Positions 13,750 through 25,953 of a DNA stretch of 64,000 nucleotides are shown here, in pieces. The first letter of the stretch is position 1; each line of letters opens with the position of its first letter. The DNA is from Eledone cirrhosa (lineage: Eukaryota), in assembly GCA_964016885.1 (NCBI GenBank), contig OZ024744.1:49476001-49540000 (forward strand), written 5' to 3'. Below the pieces are notes generated by a model that did no database searches, was not told the DNA's origin, and worked only from the letters and a program-made list of their open reading frames with translations. Position numbers and translations under genes: made by a program.

Positions 13750-13946
13750 TAATAAAGACTTTTGATGTATTGAAGGCTTCTTTGGTTTATTTTTTATAAT
13801 TCTTCGGCTCTGTTTAATTACATTGAGCTATACCTTTTACTGTCATTTCTATAATATGAAGAAGGTGTTTAACTCCAACACACTCTAGTATTTTAATTCT
13901 TATATATATATATATGTATATGTATGTATATATATATATGTATATG

Positions 13947-13997
<51 letters not shown>

Positions 13998-13998
13998 G

Positions 13999-14089
<91 letters not shown>

Positions 14090-14139
14090 GTATGTATATG
14101 TATATATATGTATATATATATGTATATATATATATATGT

Positions 14140-14491
14140 ATCATCATCATCATCATCATCATCATCATTTTACGTCCGCTTTTCCCTGCTTGCAAGGGTG
14201 GGACGGGAACTGATTCTGGCTTGATTTCTACAGCTGGATGCCCTTCCTAACACCAACCTCATTTACAGTGAGTGGTGGGTGCTTTTTTTTGCCGTGGCAT
14301 CTCCACGACCACTTTGCAGTGGAATGATAGGGACCCCAGTCCTATCATCTCATTTCTACAGCTGAGTAAACTGGAGCAATGTGAAATAAAGTGTCTTGCT
14401 CAAGGAAACAACACATCACCCGGTCTGAGAATTGAACTCACAACCTTTCGATTGCAAGGCCAATGCTCTAACCACTAAGCCATGTGCCTCC
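14140..14491 (-). mobile_element. SINE family B, full length
   Basis: tRNA head, CORE-like block, RTE-derived tail and (GAT)n; flanked by (TA)n. Confidence 0.9.
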
Positions 14492-14546
14492 TTGTATGTA
14501 TATATATATGTATGTATATATATATATATATGTATATATATGTATG

Positions 14547-14580
<34 letters not shown>

Positions 14581-14598
14581 TAAAATATATGTATGTAT

Positions 14599-16127
14599 AT
14601 CATCATCATCATCATCATCAACGTTTAACGTCCGTGTTCCACGCTTGCATGGGTTTGGACGGGGGTAGTCCCACTTGAGGCAAGAGTGATTGTCTTGCTC
14701 GCATAGGACTGTCTGGCAGGTTTTCTACAGTTGGATGCCCTTCCTAACACCAACCACATTTACAGTGTGGGTCTGGGAGGTTTTTACCGTGTTGCCTACA
14801 CGGCCACATTACAGTGTGGACTGTGTGTTTTTTTTGTCGTGACACCTACACGTTCTCATTTGTTTCGGCCTCGATGGCACGGCACCAACATAACTTTACA
14901 TAGAACGGGGTGGTGTGGATGGGGTGGGGGTGGTGGTGGTGGGACGGGGTGTATTTTGTTAGAGATGCCTAGTGGCTGGAGTAGGTTTTACTATATATTT
15001 AGGTAAGGCGGGTCTTCTCTGTTACTGAGTACCGCCAAAGGTCTCGGTCCAGTGACATTGTCTTGGAGAGGTGTAAGTGTGTGATGTCGGAGTTTATCAG
15101 CTCGTCCCAGGTTTTTCTAGGTCTGCCTATTCCGTGACTACCGTCTATCTTTATTGCCCTGCACTTTGTTATACAGCTATCGACTTTCATGCGCATCACG
15201 TGTCCATACCAACGTAGCCTTCTCTCGAGTAAACAACATCTGATCCCTCTTATCTCTAATTTTTTCCTTAGTTCGTTTATGCTTTGCCGTTCACGTATAT
15301 TACTGTTACACATCCAGCGGAGCATGCAAGCTTCGTTCCTCTCTAGTCTGCGTATATCCTCTGCACACAATGCCCAGGTCTCACTGCCATGCAGCATTGC
15401 TGTTCGTATGCAGGCATCGTACAACCTGCCTTTCATTTTTAGGGAGAACCCTTTAGCAGCTAATAGTGGTATAAGCTCTCTGAACTTTTTCCAACCAGTT
15501 CTGACTCTAGCTACAGTACTTTCAGAGCACCCTCCCCCACTGCTGATTTTATCGCCCAGGTAACGGAAGCTGTCCACTATTTCTATAGAACCCTCTGCGC
15601 AATTGAAAGAGCTAGTATTTTGTGGGCACTTGCTGCTACTTATTGCACCAGAACACCGGCCACATGTAAAATCTATGTTCTTAGTTAGCTTACCTGTGAT
15701 CCCACTACATCTTTTATGCACCCATACTTTGCATTTAGGACATAAAATGGAGTTTCTACCTACGCCTTTCCTACACACCGAGCACGACCATTTCCCAGAA
15801 GGGACCGCCGCCTTGTTTTCTTTCCTACAAACTAGTACTTTGGTCTTAGCCAGGTTAATTTTAAGTCCTTTTGACTCTAGGCCGTGCTTCCATGTTTGGA
15901 ATTTCTTCTCTAGCTCGGCCATTGATTCCGCTATGAGTGTCAGGTCGTCTGCGTATAGGAGTTCCCATGGGCAGCCTGTCTTGAACTCCTCTGTTATAGC
16001 CTGAAGGGCAATAATAAATAGTAGTGGGCTGAGAACAGAGCCCTGATGGACGCCAACTTTTACGCTAAACTCTTCACTATATTCGTTGTTAATTCTAACC
16101 TTGCTGACTGTTTCTTTATACATGGCT
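14599..16127 (-). mobile_element. Young 5'-truncated RTE LINE (subfamily 1)
   Basis: Open ORF 14999-16123 ([24 protein letters not shown] finger, RLRWYGHV, GRPRKTW), then 3' UTR and (GAT)n tail. Confidence 0.95.
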
Positions 16128-16165
<38 letters not shown>

Positions 16166-16251
16166 TATAAAATATATGTATGTATATATATATATATGTA
16201 TATATATATGTATATAAAATATATGTATGTATATATATATATATGTATATA

Positions 16252-16304
<53 letters not shown>

Positions 16305-16341
16305 ATATATATATATATGTGTATATATATGTGTATATATA

Positions 16342-16434
<93 letters not shown>

Positions 16435-16534
16435 AAAGGGATGAAATCATACTTCCACTCGTGTAGGACACCTCGGTTATTTTTCATTTTGTAAAAAAAA
16501 CCTCACTTTCTAATATATATATATATATATATAT

Positions 16535-17105
16535 GTAAAAGGTAAACAGAAATAACAACACAATCGGTACAGTATATGGAGGGAAAGGAATATATTAGGT
16601 TAACACTTGAACTAGTAAGAAGAGGGTCTTAACGTTTCGGACACTAGTCCTTCATCAGAAGAAAGAGTGAGAAATAAGATAGATTGAAGGGTCGGGTGGG
16701 ATGGAATTGGTAAAAATATCTTTAGATAAAAATAACAGGTCCAGACATGTTGACATCTCTTGGAAAACTGTTGGTGCTGGCTTTTTGTGTATGATTTATT
16801 TTTTAGAAAAGTGGATGCAGGAGAACAGAAAAATGAAAGGTAGCAGGAGTATCGAAACCGAGTCGTATGTCCCTCAAATGTTCAGCAAAACGGTCTGCCA
16901 TACAGCATCCCGTTTGTCCGATGTATAAAGACCTACAAAGGGAACACCGGAGGGCATAGACAACGTTGGTGGATGTGCAGGTGAAAAAGTGGCGGATACG
17001 GAAAGACCCATTAGGGCCTGTGAGAGTGGTGAGGGTGGAAATGAAGGGACAATTGTTGCAGCGGGGACAAGAACAAGGATGAGAGCCGGGTGGAGTCGTG
17101 GGAGA

Positions 17106-17109
<4 letters not shown>
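16535..17109 (-). mobile_element. Penelope-like element 3' end: GIY-YIG endonuclease with Cys-rich linker
   Basis: [13 protein letters not shown]...FTCTSTNVVYALRCSLCRSLYIGQTG...RFAEHLRDIR, followed by a hammerhead; (TA)n on both sides. Confidence 0.85.
16627..16662 (-). ncRNA. Minimal hammerhead ribozyme of a PLE
   Basis: UCUU CUGAUGA A GGAC UAGU GUCC GAAACGUU AAGA; palindromic AACGUU in place of stem III. Confidence 0.8.
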
Positions 17110-17173
<64 letters not shown>

Positions 17174-17725
17174 TATAAAAATATGCATATATATATAGAT
17201 AAATATACACATATATATACACACAACTCCCAATTTAAAATTGTTAATAACTTCATTAATTATTGGTTGATTTCCATAAGACCTGTTTTATTTTGAACAC
17301 TATAATGGCAAAAGTACATTATAGTGATAAAATTCTACATAAGCATTGTCCACCAGTGTTTGTAATCCAATGGGTATATCATCAACTGACTTCATCAGGA
17401 ACTCAGGCAGTATGTTGGTCAGTAAATGACAAATGCATTCCTTCAATTGAATTAAAGTTTTTGATTTTAAGCTATAAACTTATTCATTTGCCCACCCCCA
17501 CAGGAAAAAAATGATGAGTGGGTGGGGTGTGGGGGAGGCATCATGCAGGAATATGAGGTCATTGAAGTTGTCCCAAGTGGTCACACAAGGCCAAAAGTTA
17601 GACGTGATTTTCAACAGGGAACTTCTTTCCACCCACCATATATATTCATAAACACACATAAATCATCAATAAAGATTGTCATGTGAAAATCCATCATGTT
17701 AAACTTAATATATACCCTCTGTTTT

Positions 17726-17908
17726 AGCCCCTCATTCTTGCTCTCATGTTGGCATGTAAACAGAACTGCAGTTCGGTTTACATGCCAACACAAGAGCAAG
17801 AATGAGGGACTCATTCTACTGACATGGCTTTAAAAAAAGAGGCTGTTTGCATAATTGCAAACGAATCGAATATTATTATTAATATTCGAAAAACTCAGAT
17901 TACATTTA
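17726..17908 (+). mobile_element. PLE/retrozyme-like unit with 5' fold-back
   Basis: 17767-17908 matches 31733-31856; 17728-17808 is a ~40-bp-arm hairpin centred on GAACTGCAGTTC. Confidence 0.65.
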
Positions 17909-18139
17909 TTATATATATATATATGTCAGATCGCTCTTCAGTGCTACTGGTAACATGTAATCCAGTACAATCTGTGCATGATCAGGACATCAGCAACTAA
18001 ATTGGCAACTCCACCAAGCTTGCTTGGTGAAGAGGGTGAATTTGGACACCCTGTGGGATGAAAAACAAAACCTGTCAAAGGGCAGAGGAACTCAGGAGAG
18101 TCAACGGCCATCCAATAAAGATTTTTTTTTTTTGTGGAG

Positions 18140-18373
18140 TGAGACTCGTAGTCTTCATTAAGACATCTCTCAAGGAGAAGGTCACTCTGATATAAAAATT
18201 TGTAACTCCGTTTGCATCCAATGATGTGGACCAGTTCTTCTTTTTGGGAAAATGCATTTGATGTTCAGGCATCACTTGATATGTGACATTTTTTGGACTA
18301 AAAAGCCATGTCCGTGAGGCTCATGCTTAAGTATCAAACGATGGCATTACTCGAAATTGAGTTGCAGCCATCA
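18140..18373 (-). repeat. Dispersed repeat, possibly a Tc1/mariner relic; second copy at ~63118-63335
   Basis: Shared blocks GTCTTCATTAAGA, AAATGCATTTGATGTT, CTTGATAT.TGACAT and CATTACTC. Confidence 0.5.
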
Positions 18374-18374
18374 T

Positions 18375-18630
18375 ATCATCATGATCATCATCATCGTTTA
18401 ACGTCCATCTTCCATGCTAGCATGGGTTAGACGGTCTTGTTCCATTTGATGCGGGAATGGTCGAGCGATCATATCTCGCTCGCACGGAAGTGTCTCTGGC
18501 AGGTTTTTTTTTATGGTTGGATGCCCTTCCTAACACCAACCACATTTACATTACACTGTGGACTGGGAGCCTTTTCACTGTGTCTCCTACACGACCACCT
18601 TACAGTGTGGACTGTTGTGTCATCGACACA
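18375..18630 (-). mobile_element. RTE 3' UTR fragment
   Basis: (CAT)n CGTTTAACGTCCATCTTCCATGCTAGCATGG...GGATGCCCTTCCTAACACC. Confidence 0.8.
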
Positions 18631-18702
18631 GTGGACGGAACGGGAGAGGGAGGATGGGGTATATATATACATATATATATATATATATACATATATATAC
18701 AT

Positions 18703-19054
18703 ATCATCATTTCATCATCATCATCATTTCATTTTACGTCCACTTTTCCCTGCTTGCAAGGGTGGGACGGGAACTGATTCTGGCTTGATTTCTACAGCTG
18801 GATGCCCTTCCTAACACCAACCTCATTTACAGTGAGTGCTGGGTGCTTTTTTGCCGTGGCACCTCCACGACCACTTTGCAGTGGAATGATATGGACCCCA
18901 GTCCCTATCATCTCATTTCTACAGCTGAGTAAACTGGAGCAATGTGAAATAAAGTGTCTTGCTCAAGGAAACAACACATCACCCGGTCTGAGAATTGAAC
19001 TCACAACCTTTCAATTGCAAGGCCAATGCTCTAACCACTAAGCCATGAGCCTCC
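18703..19054 (-). mobile_element. SINE family B, full length
   Basis: Near-identical to 14140-14491. Confidence 0.9.
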
Positions 19055-19390
19055 ATATATATATATATATACATATATATAACCACTATATATACATATA
19101 TATAACCATATATATATATACATATATATACATATATATACCATATATATATATATACATATATATAACCACTAAGCCATGAGCCTCCATATATATATAT
19201 ATACATATATATACATATATATACACAAACAGACACACAGATATATATATATATATATACACACACAAATATACATAGATACATATAAACATATATATTT
19301 ATACATACAAAGATATATACATATAAACACACATACACACCCACCCACACATATATATATATATATATACATATTTAAAAAAAATAATTA

Positions 19391-19431
<41 letters not shown>

Positions 19432-19686
19432 TATATATATTCATATATGTATACATATACATATATACATATATTTATACATATATATATAAGCACTTAC
19501 ATATATACTTATATGTGTATGTGTGTGTGTGTACACACACATTTGATGAATCATACCTCTGCGACTCAAAAGTTTCTGATATCTGTAGCGTTAGCATGAA
19601 TCACTATCTTTCCAATCAATATGTGTGTATATAAAAACATATAATATAAAAACATATGTAGATTCACACACATGTACAAACACACA

Positions 19687-19721
<35 letters not shown>

Positions 19722-20288
19722 TCATACATACATACATATTTACATAAGTATATATATATATAAATATATAATTTATATGTATCTTGCTTCACACTTTTGA
19801 CGATAAGGGAGAATAAATAGAGACTTACAATATAGAGAAGCAGGGGGAGTTCCTAAGAGATAATCTGTTGAAGGTCATACATGAGTTCTGTGGCATGAGC
19901 CGGGCTCCTGGGAGAAGGTGAGTTACTTGGTGGTGGACCAGTACGGTGGAGGAGACAATTAAGACCAAGAGACAGGCATGGAAAGAATGTCAGAATGGGG
20001 GAAGTAGAGAACACTACTAGGATGCTGGGCGAGACGACATGTGATTATATTTTGCAAGGAAGGAAGCAAAAAAAAAATTTAAGCATGTTTATCGAACTCA
20101 TGATGAAAGACGTACGGTGTTCAAGATTGCAAAGCAGTGTGTCAGGGGAAATTTTGATATTGTTAGAAGTGTGTCTGAGATGATAATATTACCATTGCCC
20201 TCACTGACACTGAAATGCAAGTAGCATGGAAGTGTGATTAGAAAAGATTACTGAATCACAATAATGCATGGGAGAAAGATATTCTGTT

Positions 20289-20513
20289 TTACCCCTTTAG
20301 CATTTAAACCGGTCATATTCAGAAAGAATTCTCTAACCTTTTTCTGTTCAAACCAGTTGTAACTGGCCACTCATACTGATGTTAAGGTATTTTTCTCAAA
20401 ATAAATACTATCAAAATCTCATAGGCTTGATATTATGTGAGATAATTATGTGAGGTAAAGCCTTTACCATGAAAATACAATAGTAAATATAGAGTAAATG
20501 CTAAAGAGTTTAA
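20289..20513. mobile_element. piggyBac-type MITE, older copy
   Basis: CCCTTTAGCATTT at 20293 ... AAATGCTAAAGAG ending 20508; interior is the reverse complement of 46701-46909; interrupts RTE coding sequence. Confidence 0.75.
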
Positions 20514-21130
20514 TGAGTTCAACAGGAGAGCCAACCATACAAGTCAACAGCAGCATAGTAAGTAAGCCAATTTGGGATCAAGACAGGCAAAGTAGCTTGA
20601 TCAATGGGGTTAGTTGCTAAGATGCTGAAAGCATCTGGGTTGGTTTGTCATACTTTAACCACCTGTATCATAAAGAAAGTAATACAGAATGATGTCACAT
20701 CCAATGTCTGGCAGCATCACCAACTGCTACAAGGAACTACAACTGCACTAGGCAGAAGAAAGTATTGAGGTATCAAGATGATGGACCAGATCATGAAGAA
20801 GACAGAATGAGTTAAACTAGATGAGATGCAGTTTGAATTTGCTGCCCTTTTCCTTGTGAGGCAACTTCAGAAGTACCTAGCTAAAAGTAAACTTTTCTCC
20901 TTGACATTTGTTGATCTGGAGAAAGGGTTTAACAGTCTCCATTCAATAATCTGGGGGGAATCTTAAAAAACTAGTAGTAGATAAGTGACTTATGAGGGCA
21001 GTACAATCAATATACAGAGGATCAGTGGGCGAGGTAACAATTATTATAGTGAAGAATTTAGTGTTTAGGTAGGAGTCCATCAGGTTTCTCTTCTTAGCTC
21101 CCACCTGTTTATTTTTATCTGCTTATATAT

Positions 21131-21562
21131 ATAGCAGTTATGTAACTCCATATTATTAGTTACGATAAAATAAATCCATCTCACTGTTTTTTGTGAGAAA
21201 CAATAAACCAGAATTTTTATTAGGAAGATATAGATATTACAAGCCAAAAAGACATTTAATGGATACTCAGGCCAGGAATAAACATAGAGATAAACATAAG
21301 AAAGTAGGAATTTAGACTGATGAAGTATAAATGTATAAAGGATAAACTAAACAAACAATTGAAACAAAGAAAGAATATACAAACACCTTTAACTACATAG
21401 AAGTAGCATTATAACATTAATTTGTTTTGACAATAAAGCTAGATAGCCAATAATTGACCCATGTCAGTTCCATTATTTGTCAGGTTAGTTTATGGCAATA
21501 TCAGATATCAGTGAGATGGATCTATTTAATGAGACTAATAATATGGAGTTACATAGTGCTAT
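21131..21562. repeat. Insert with ~55-bp imperfect inverted arms
   Basis: TATGTAACTCCATATTATTAGT..ATCCATCTCACTG versus CAGTGAGATGGAT..ACTAATAATATGGAGTTACATA. Confidence 0.65.
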
Positions 21563-22134
21563 TGACTAGTCAATATATTGATATTATTATGGTTCATTTC
21601 AAACTTTTGAAATGATTGTAAAGCACTAAATCATGCCTTATTTGTTTCCATTGTTCAAGCTATATATCTGACTTGGTAGTTTTTTTTTTAGTACACAACA
21701 AATAAGATGCTATTCTTAAAAAGAAAAAAAAATCTTCACCTTGTTTTGTGTTGAGATATTCATATATGTATTATATGGAATTCTAACAGTGTTATTGGTC
21801 CTCTCATGAATAGCTAGATACCAGTGTGTGTATATAAGGATGGCAGTTGTATAAAAAGGTGCAGGGCACTCAAAGTTGATGGAAGCTGTGGAGTGGGGAG
21901 ACCCAGGAAGACTTAGGACGAGGTGATAAAAGCTGACCTTGCCCAATTGAACCTCTCAAAGGCGATGACACAGGACAGAGATCTCTGGCCTTACGCAGTA
22001 ATACAGAAAACCTGACTTCCACAGGCATAGACCAAAGCTGAAGCATACATATAGTATGCATCACCCTCACCTCCACTCACATACATCTCCCATGAAGACA
22101 AGCTGAAGTATACATCTAGTGAAGTCTCCAGTTC

Positions 22135-22425
22135 ACACTGTAAAGTGGTCGTGTAAGTGTCACAACAAAAAGCACTCAATGCACACTGTAAAGTGGTCAT
22201 GTAGGTGTCACAACAAAAAGCACCAATCCACACTGTGAAGTGGTTGTGTAAGTTTCATGACAAAAAACACCCAGCTCACACTGTAAGGTGGTCGTGTACA
22301 GCAAAATCACCCAGCCCACACTGTAAAATGGTTTTGTAGGTGTCACGGCAAAAAGCACCCAACCCACATTATAAAGTGGTTGTGTAGGCACCACAATAAA
22401 AAGTGCCCAGTCCACACTGTAAATG
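22135..22425 (+). repeat. ~47-bp tandem array in an RTE 3' UTR (~6 copies)
   Basis: Unit CACACTGTAAAGTGGTCGTGTAGGTGTCACAACAAAAAGCACCCAG; similar array at ~37020-37335. Confidence 0.8.
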
Positions 22426-22597
22426 AGGTTGGCATTAAGAAGGGCATCCAGTCCTAGAAACCAACCCCAAATCAGTTCTGTATGAGCAAGACACTGTCAC
22501 CTGACCTGGCATTGCTCACAGCAAGATAACTCATCTAAAGCATGCTAGCGTGGAAAATAGGACATTAAACAGTGATGATGGTGATATATACATGCAC

Positions 22598-23172
22598 ATT
22601 TTTATCTTGTTTACTTTTCCCACATATGATTCTAAAACCCTCTGACTAATTGATTGTTTAATTAATTTGTTTATTGAGCAAAACTGGTAACTGATGGACA
22701 CCCTTTTATGTATATCTATACTTATGTTTATATATTTATATATATTATTGTATCTTCAATAATTATGTTCTATACTCACTTACAGTCGAGTAAAAAAATT
22801 ATGTTAGAATCAACTGCTTTTTTCTAGTAGTCCTGTTACTCACCAATAGTTCACCTTTGTTACCTTTCTTGCTGATCATTGTGACACTTTTCTCATTAAA
22901 AAATTATCACTGGTAACGATCACTTGAAAGATATTTTCTTGGATTGAAAAATTCCCTGAGTAGCTGTGATATCTCACAGCAATGGATATCCTAAATTTTT
23001 GGAATATCCAAGATGCTTATTACACAGCAAAACTGCAGTCAGAGCAACAGTGTAAATTACGTACCTTTTTATCTTGTTTACTTTTCCCACTTATGATTTT
23101 ATAATGCCCTGACTAATTGATTGTTTGATTAATAAATTCATTGAGCAAAACTGGTAAGTGATACACACCCTT
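22598..23172 (+). repeat. ~108-bp diverged direct repeat (22598-22705 and 23066-23172)
   Basis: TTTTTATCTTGTTTACTTTTCCCAC..CTGACTAATTGATTGTTT..ATTGAGCAAAACTGGTAA occurs twice. Confidence 0.75.
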
Positions 23173-23374
23173 ATATGTATATATATTTATTTTTATATAT
23201 ATATGTGTGTATGTATATATATGTGTATACATATATGTGTATATATATATATATGTGTGTGTATATATATAAACGTTGATGATGATGATGATGATATATA
23301 TCTGTATATATTAATATATATATATAAACTTACATGCACACTCACTCTTTTACTTTCATATACAACAATAAATG

Positions 23375-25142
23375 CGTAAACAGAAATAACACTAACCATG
23401 TTAGGGTGGCGCACGGTAGTGGGGTGGCTGGTGATGCCATGTGCGAGAACCCCCCGACTGTCATCAAGCAATCACACTACAGGAACAGGAAAAGGAACAA
23501 GAATATGAAGACGTCGCATCTCAGAGTTGCAACACTTAATGTTAGACAGGTAGATCTGGTGAAATAGTGGAGATGCTGGAGAGAAGGCATGTGGATGTGT
23601 GTTGTGTGAAAGAGGTGAGATGGAGAGGTGCCTCTGCAAGACTAATCACAGGTAAACATCTTAGTTATAAGCTTTTCTGGGTAGGTAAGAATGATGGGTT
23701 AGGGGGAGTAAGCATTTTACTGGCTGAGAGATGGATCAATAAGACAATAGAGGTAGTTTGAGTTAGTAATAGAATAATTAAGCTTAGATTAGTTGTAGGC
23801 AAGAGACTACTGACAATCATCTCTGCCTATGCTCCCCAGGCAAGTCTGGGTAAAGAAGAGAAATACTGCTTTTACGAGCAACCTTTACAAACAGCTACAA
23901 TGACAGAGGACGGAGACATCGTTATGCTAGCAGGGGACTTCAATGGTCATGTTGGACATTTGCAACACTAACTTCCAGAAACCTGCCAACCACCTAATAA
24001 CCTACAAATCAGGCGAGCACATAAGCCAGATTGACTTCTTGCTAGTTAGGCAGCGGGACAGACAGTTGGTGTCAAATACCAAGGCATACCCCGGGGGAAG
24101 AATGTACCCCACAGCATAGGTTAGTCATTAGTGATATCGCAGTAAGCAAGAGACGGAATGAGACATACAGGAAGGTGTGGAGAAGAAAGGTCTGGAAGTT
24201 AAAATACCTTTCACTAAATACAAATTTAGGAAAGCCCTTCAAAATGTGTATGACAAAAAAAGAAGACGATTGAGAGTTGTATGATATAGATGATAGCTGG
24301 AATTTCTTACGTGACAACTTACTGCAGGCTACTGAAAAAACCTGACAGAGAATGACCTGGTGGTGGAACAGCATGGTAGATAGGGCCATTAGAGACAAAA
24401 GACTAGCATGGAAGGCTTGGGAAAAGGGCGGGAGTAGAGAAGGATATACAGCTGCTAAGAGAGAAGCTAGACGTCAGGTGTACTTAGCACGCAGGGAGGC
24501 TGAGAGTAGGAGGTTTGCCAATGTTCTACGATGGGAAGATCAGAGATGGGCGGTGTTCCACATTGCAAGGCAGTGTGTCAGTACAAATCAGGATGTTGTT
24601 GGAGATAAATGAGTCCGGAATGATGCCAGTGTATCAGAAAAAGTAGGCCTGGAAATGTCATTTTGAGAGACTGATGAATGTGGGGAACGAATGGAAGAAA
24701 TTACCTCCAGTAGAACCGACAGAGATTGACGAATATAGGGTTCAAAAGGCAATTAAGGAAATGAAAAATCGTAAGGCCGCTGGACCGTTGGGGATAGTTG
24801 CTGAGATGCTGAAGGCATCACGGGACGTAGGCACTAAACTGGTTGCACGCATCATCAATCAGGCTATATATGACAGTGTCATACCCAAAGACTGGTGCAG
24901 CAGTTTTCTCATAAATTGCTACAAAGGTAAAGGGGATGCTCTGGAGAGGAGCAATTAAAGAGGCGTAAAACTGATGGATCGGGTCATGAAAGTAGCAGAA
25001 AGGATATTAGCACAACTAATTAGAGAAAAGGTCAAACTAGATGAGATGTAGTTTGGTTTTGTGCCTGGGAAGAGTACAACAGAAGCCCTCTTCTTAGTGA
25101 GACAATTACAAGAGAGGTTCTTAGAGAAGAATAAGCCACTAT
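23375..25142 (+). mobile_element. RTE LINE 5' half: AP endonuclease and start of RT (pseudogenised)
   Basis: LRVATLNV, DVCCVKEVRWRG, IISAYAPQ, GDFNGHVG, SQIDFLL, PQHRLVI; then IVAEMLKAS and NCYKGKGDAL. Confidence 0.85.
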
Positions 25143-25883
25143 CACCTACACTATATACATACATATATAAATATATGTTGATATATATATATATATTTAT
25201 TAATCAATGAAAGAAGAGTTGATTTGTAATCAACTGACTTTTGTGTATAACAGATGCCAAGCACTCAACGGTATATATTTATCTGGAGTATTATAATAAT
25301 AATAATAATAGTAATAAATGAAAGATATATACTTTAGATCATCTCTATTTTATTATATATATTTAGAAGATGCAAGGTTTATGTATAACATAAAACAGAA
25401 CATACCCTTGTCAGACAAAATACATATGCTTGGTGGTCACCAATCTGTCCAGCTCATTGTCTACCAGCATATCATGAAAAATCATACGTCTCCTATATAT
25501 TTTATAAAGTATATATCATTCATTTATTATTATTATTATTATATATATATAAATAACCCATGCTAGCGTGGAAAATGGAGTTAAACGAAGATGATGATGA
25601 TAATGATGATATCAGTGGCGAAGGGTAACTTGGAAAGCAGAGCATGCAGTCCAATCGCTATGGCGGAAAGTGGGGCTGTGCAGCCTTAGCCCCCCCCCCC
25701 CCCAACAATTTCCCTCTAAATGACCCTCCCGGTCAAAGCGGCATGCAGTGTTATCTAGTGTGTGTGTGTGTGTGTTATCTTTTTATGTGTCTACGATGTA
25801 GCAAGCAGCCAAAATTCTGCTTGCTTCAACCGACGCAATTGATCAATTCAAGATTCTATAACGCATGCATGGACCCTTTGCCC

Positions 25884-25953
<70 letters not shown>

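Larger units (their letters stand above)
13345..13901. mobile_element. Penelope-like relic with ~135-bp inverted pseudo-LTR arms
   Basis: 13345-13482 is the reverse complement of ~13660-13800; each arm has a hammerhead and both ends abut (TA)n. Confidence 0.7.
19810..22585 (+). mobile_element. Old RTE LINE broken by later insertions
   Basis: VTWWW, KMLKASG, EMQF, FVDLEK and VGVHQ pieces; resumes at ~21820 and ends with a 3' UTR and GATGATGGTGAT. Confidence 0.75.

Noticed and set aside
14420-14491. tRNA gene
   Set aside because: A/B boxes are present, but it is the head of a multi-copy SINE with no complete cloverleaf.
21317-21370. CTGATGAAG..GAAAC as a hammerhead (also 27192 and 62235-62265)
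   Set aside because: No stems II and I, or no NUH in register.
25613-25870. hAT MITE starting CAGTGGCG
   Set aside because: No matching right TIR or TSD found.
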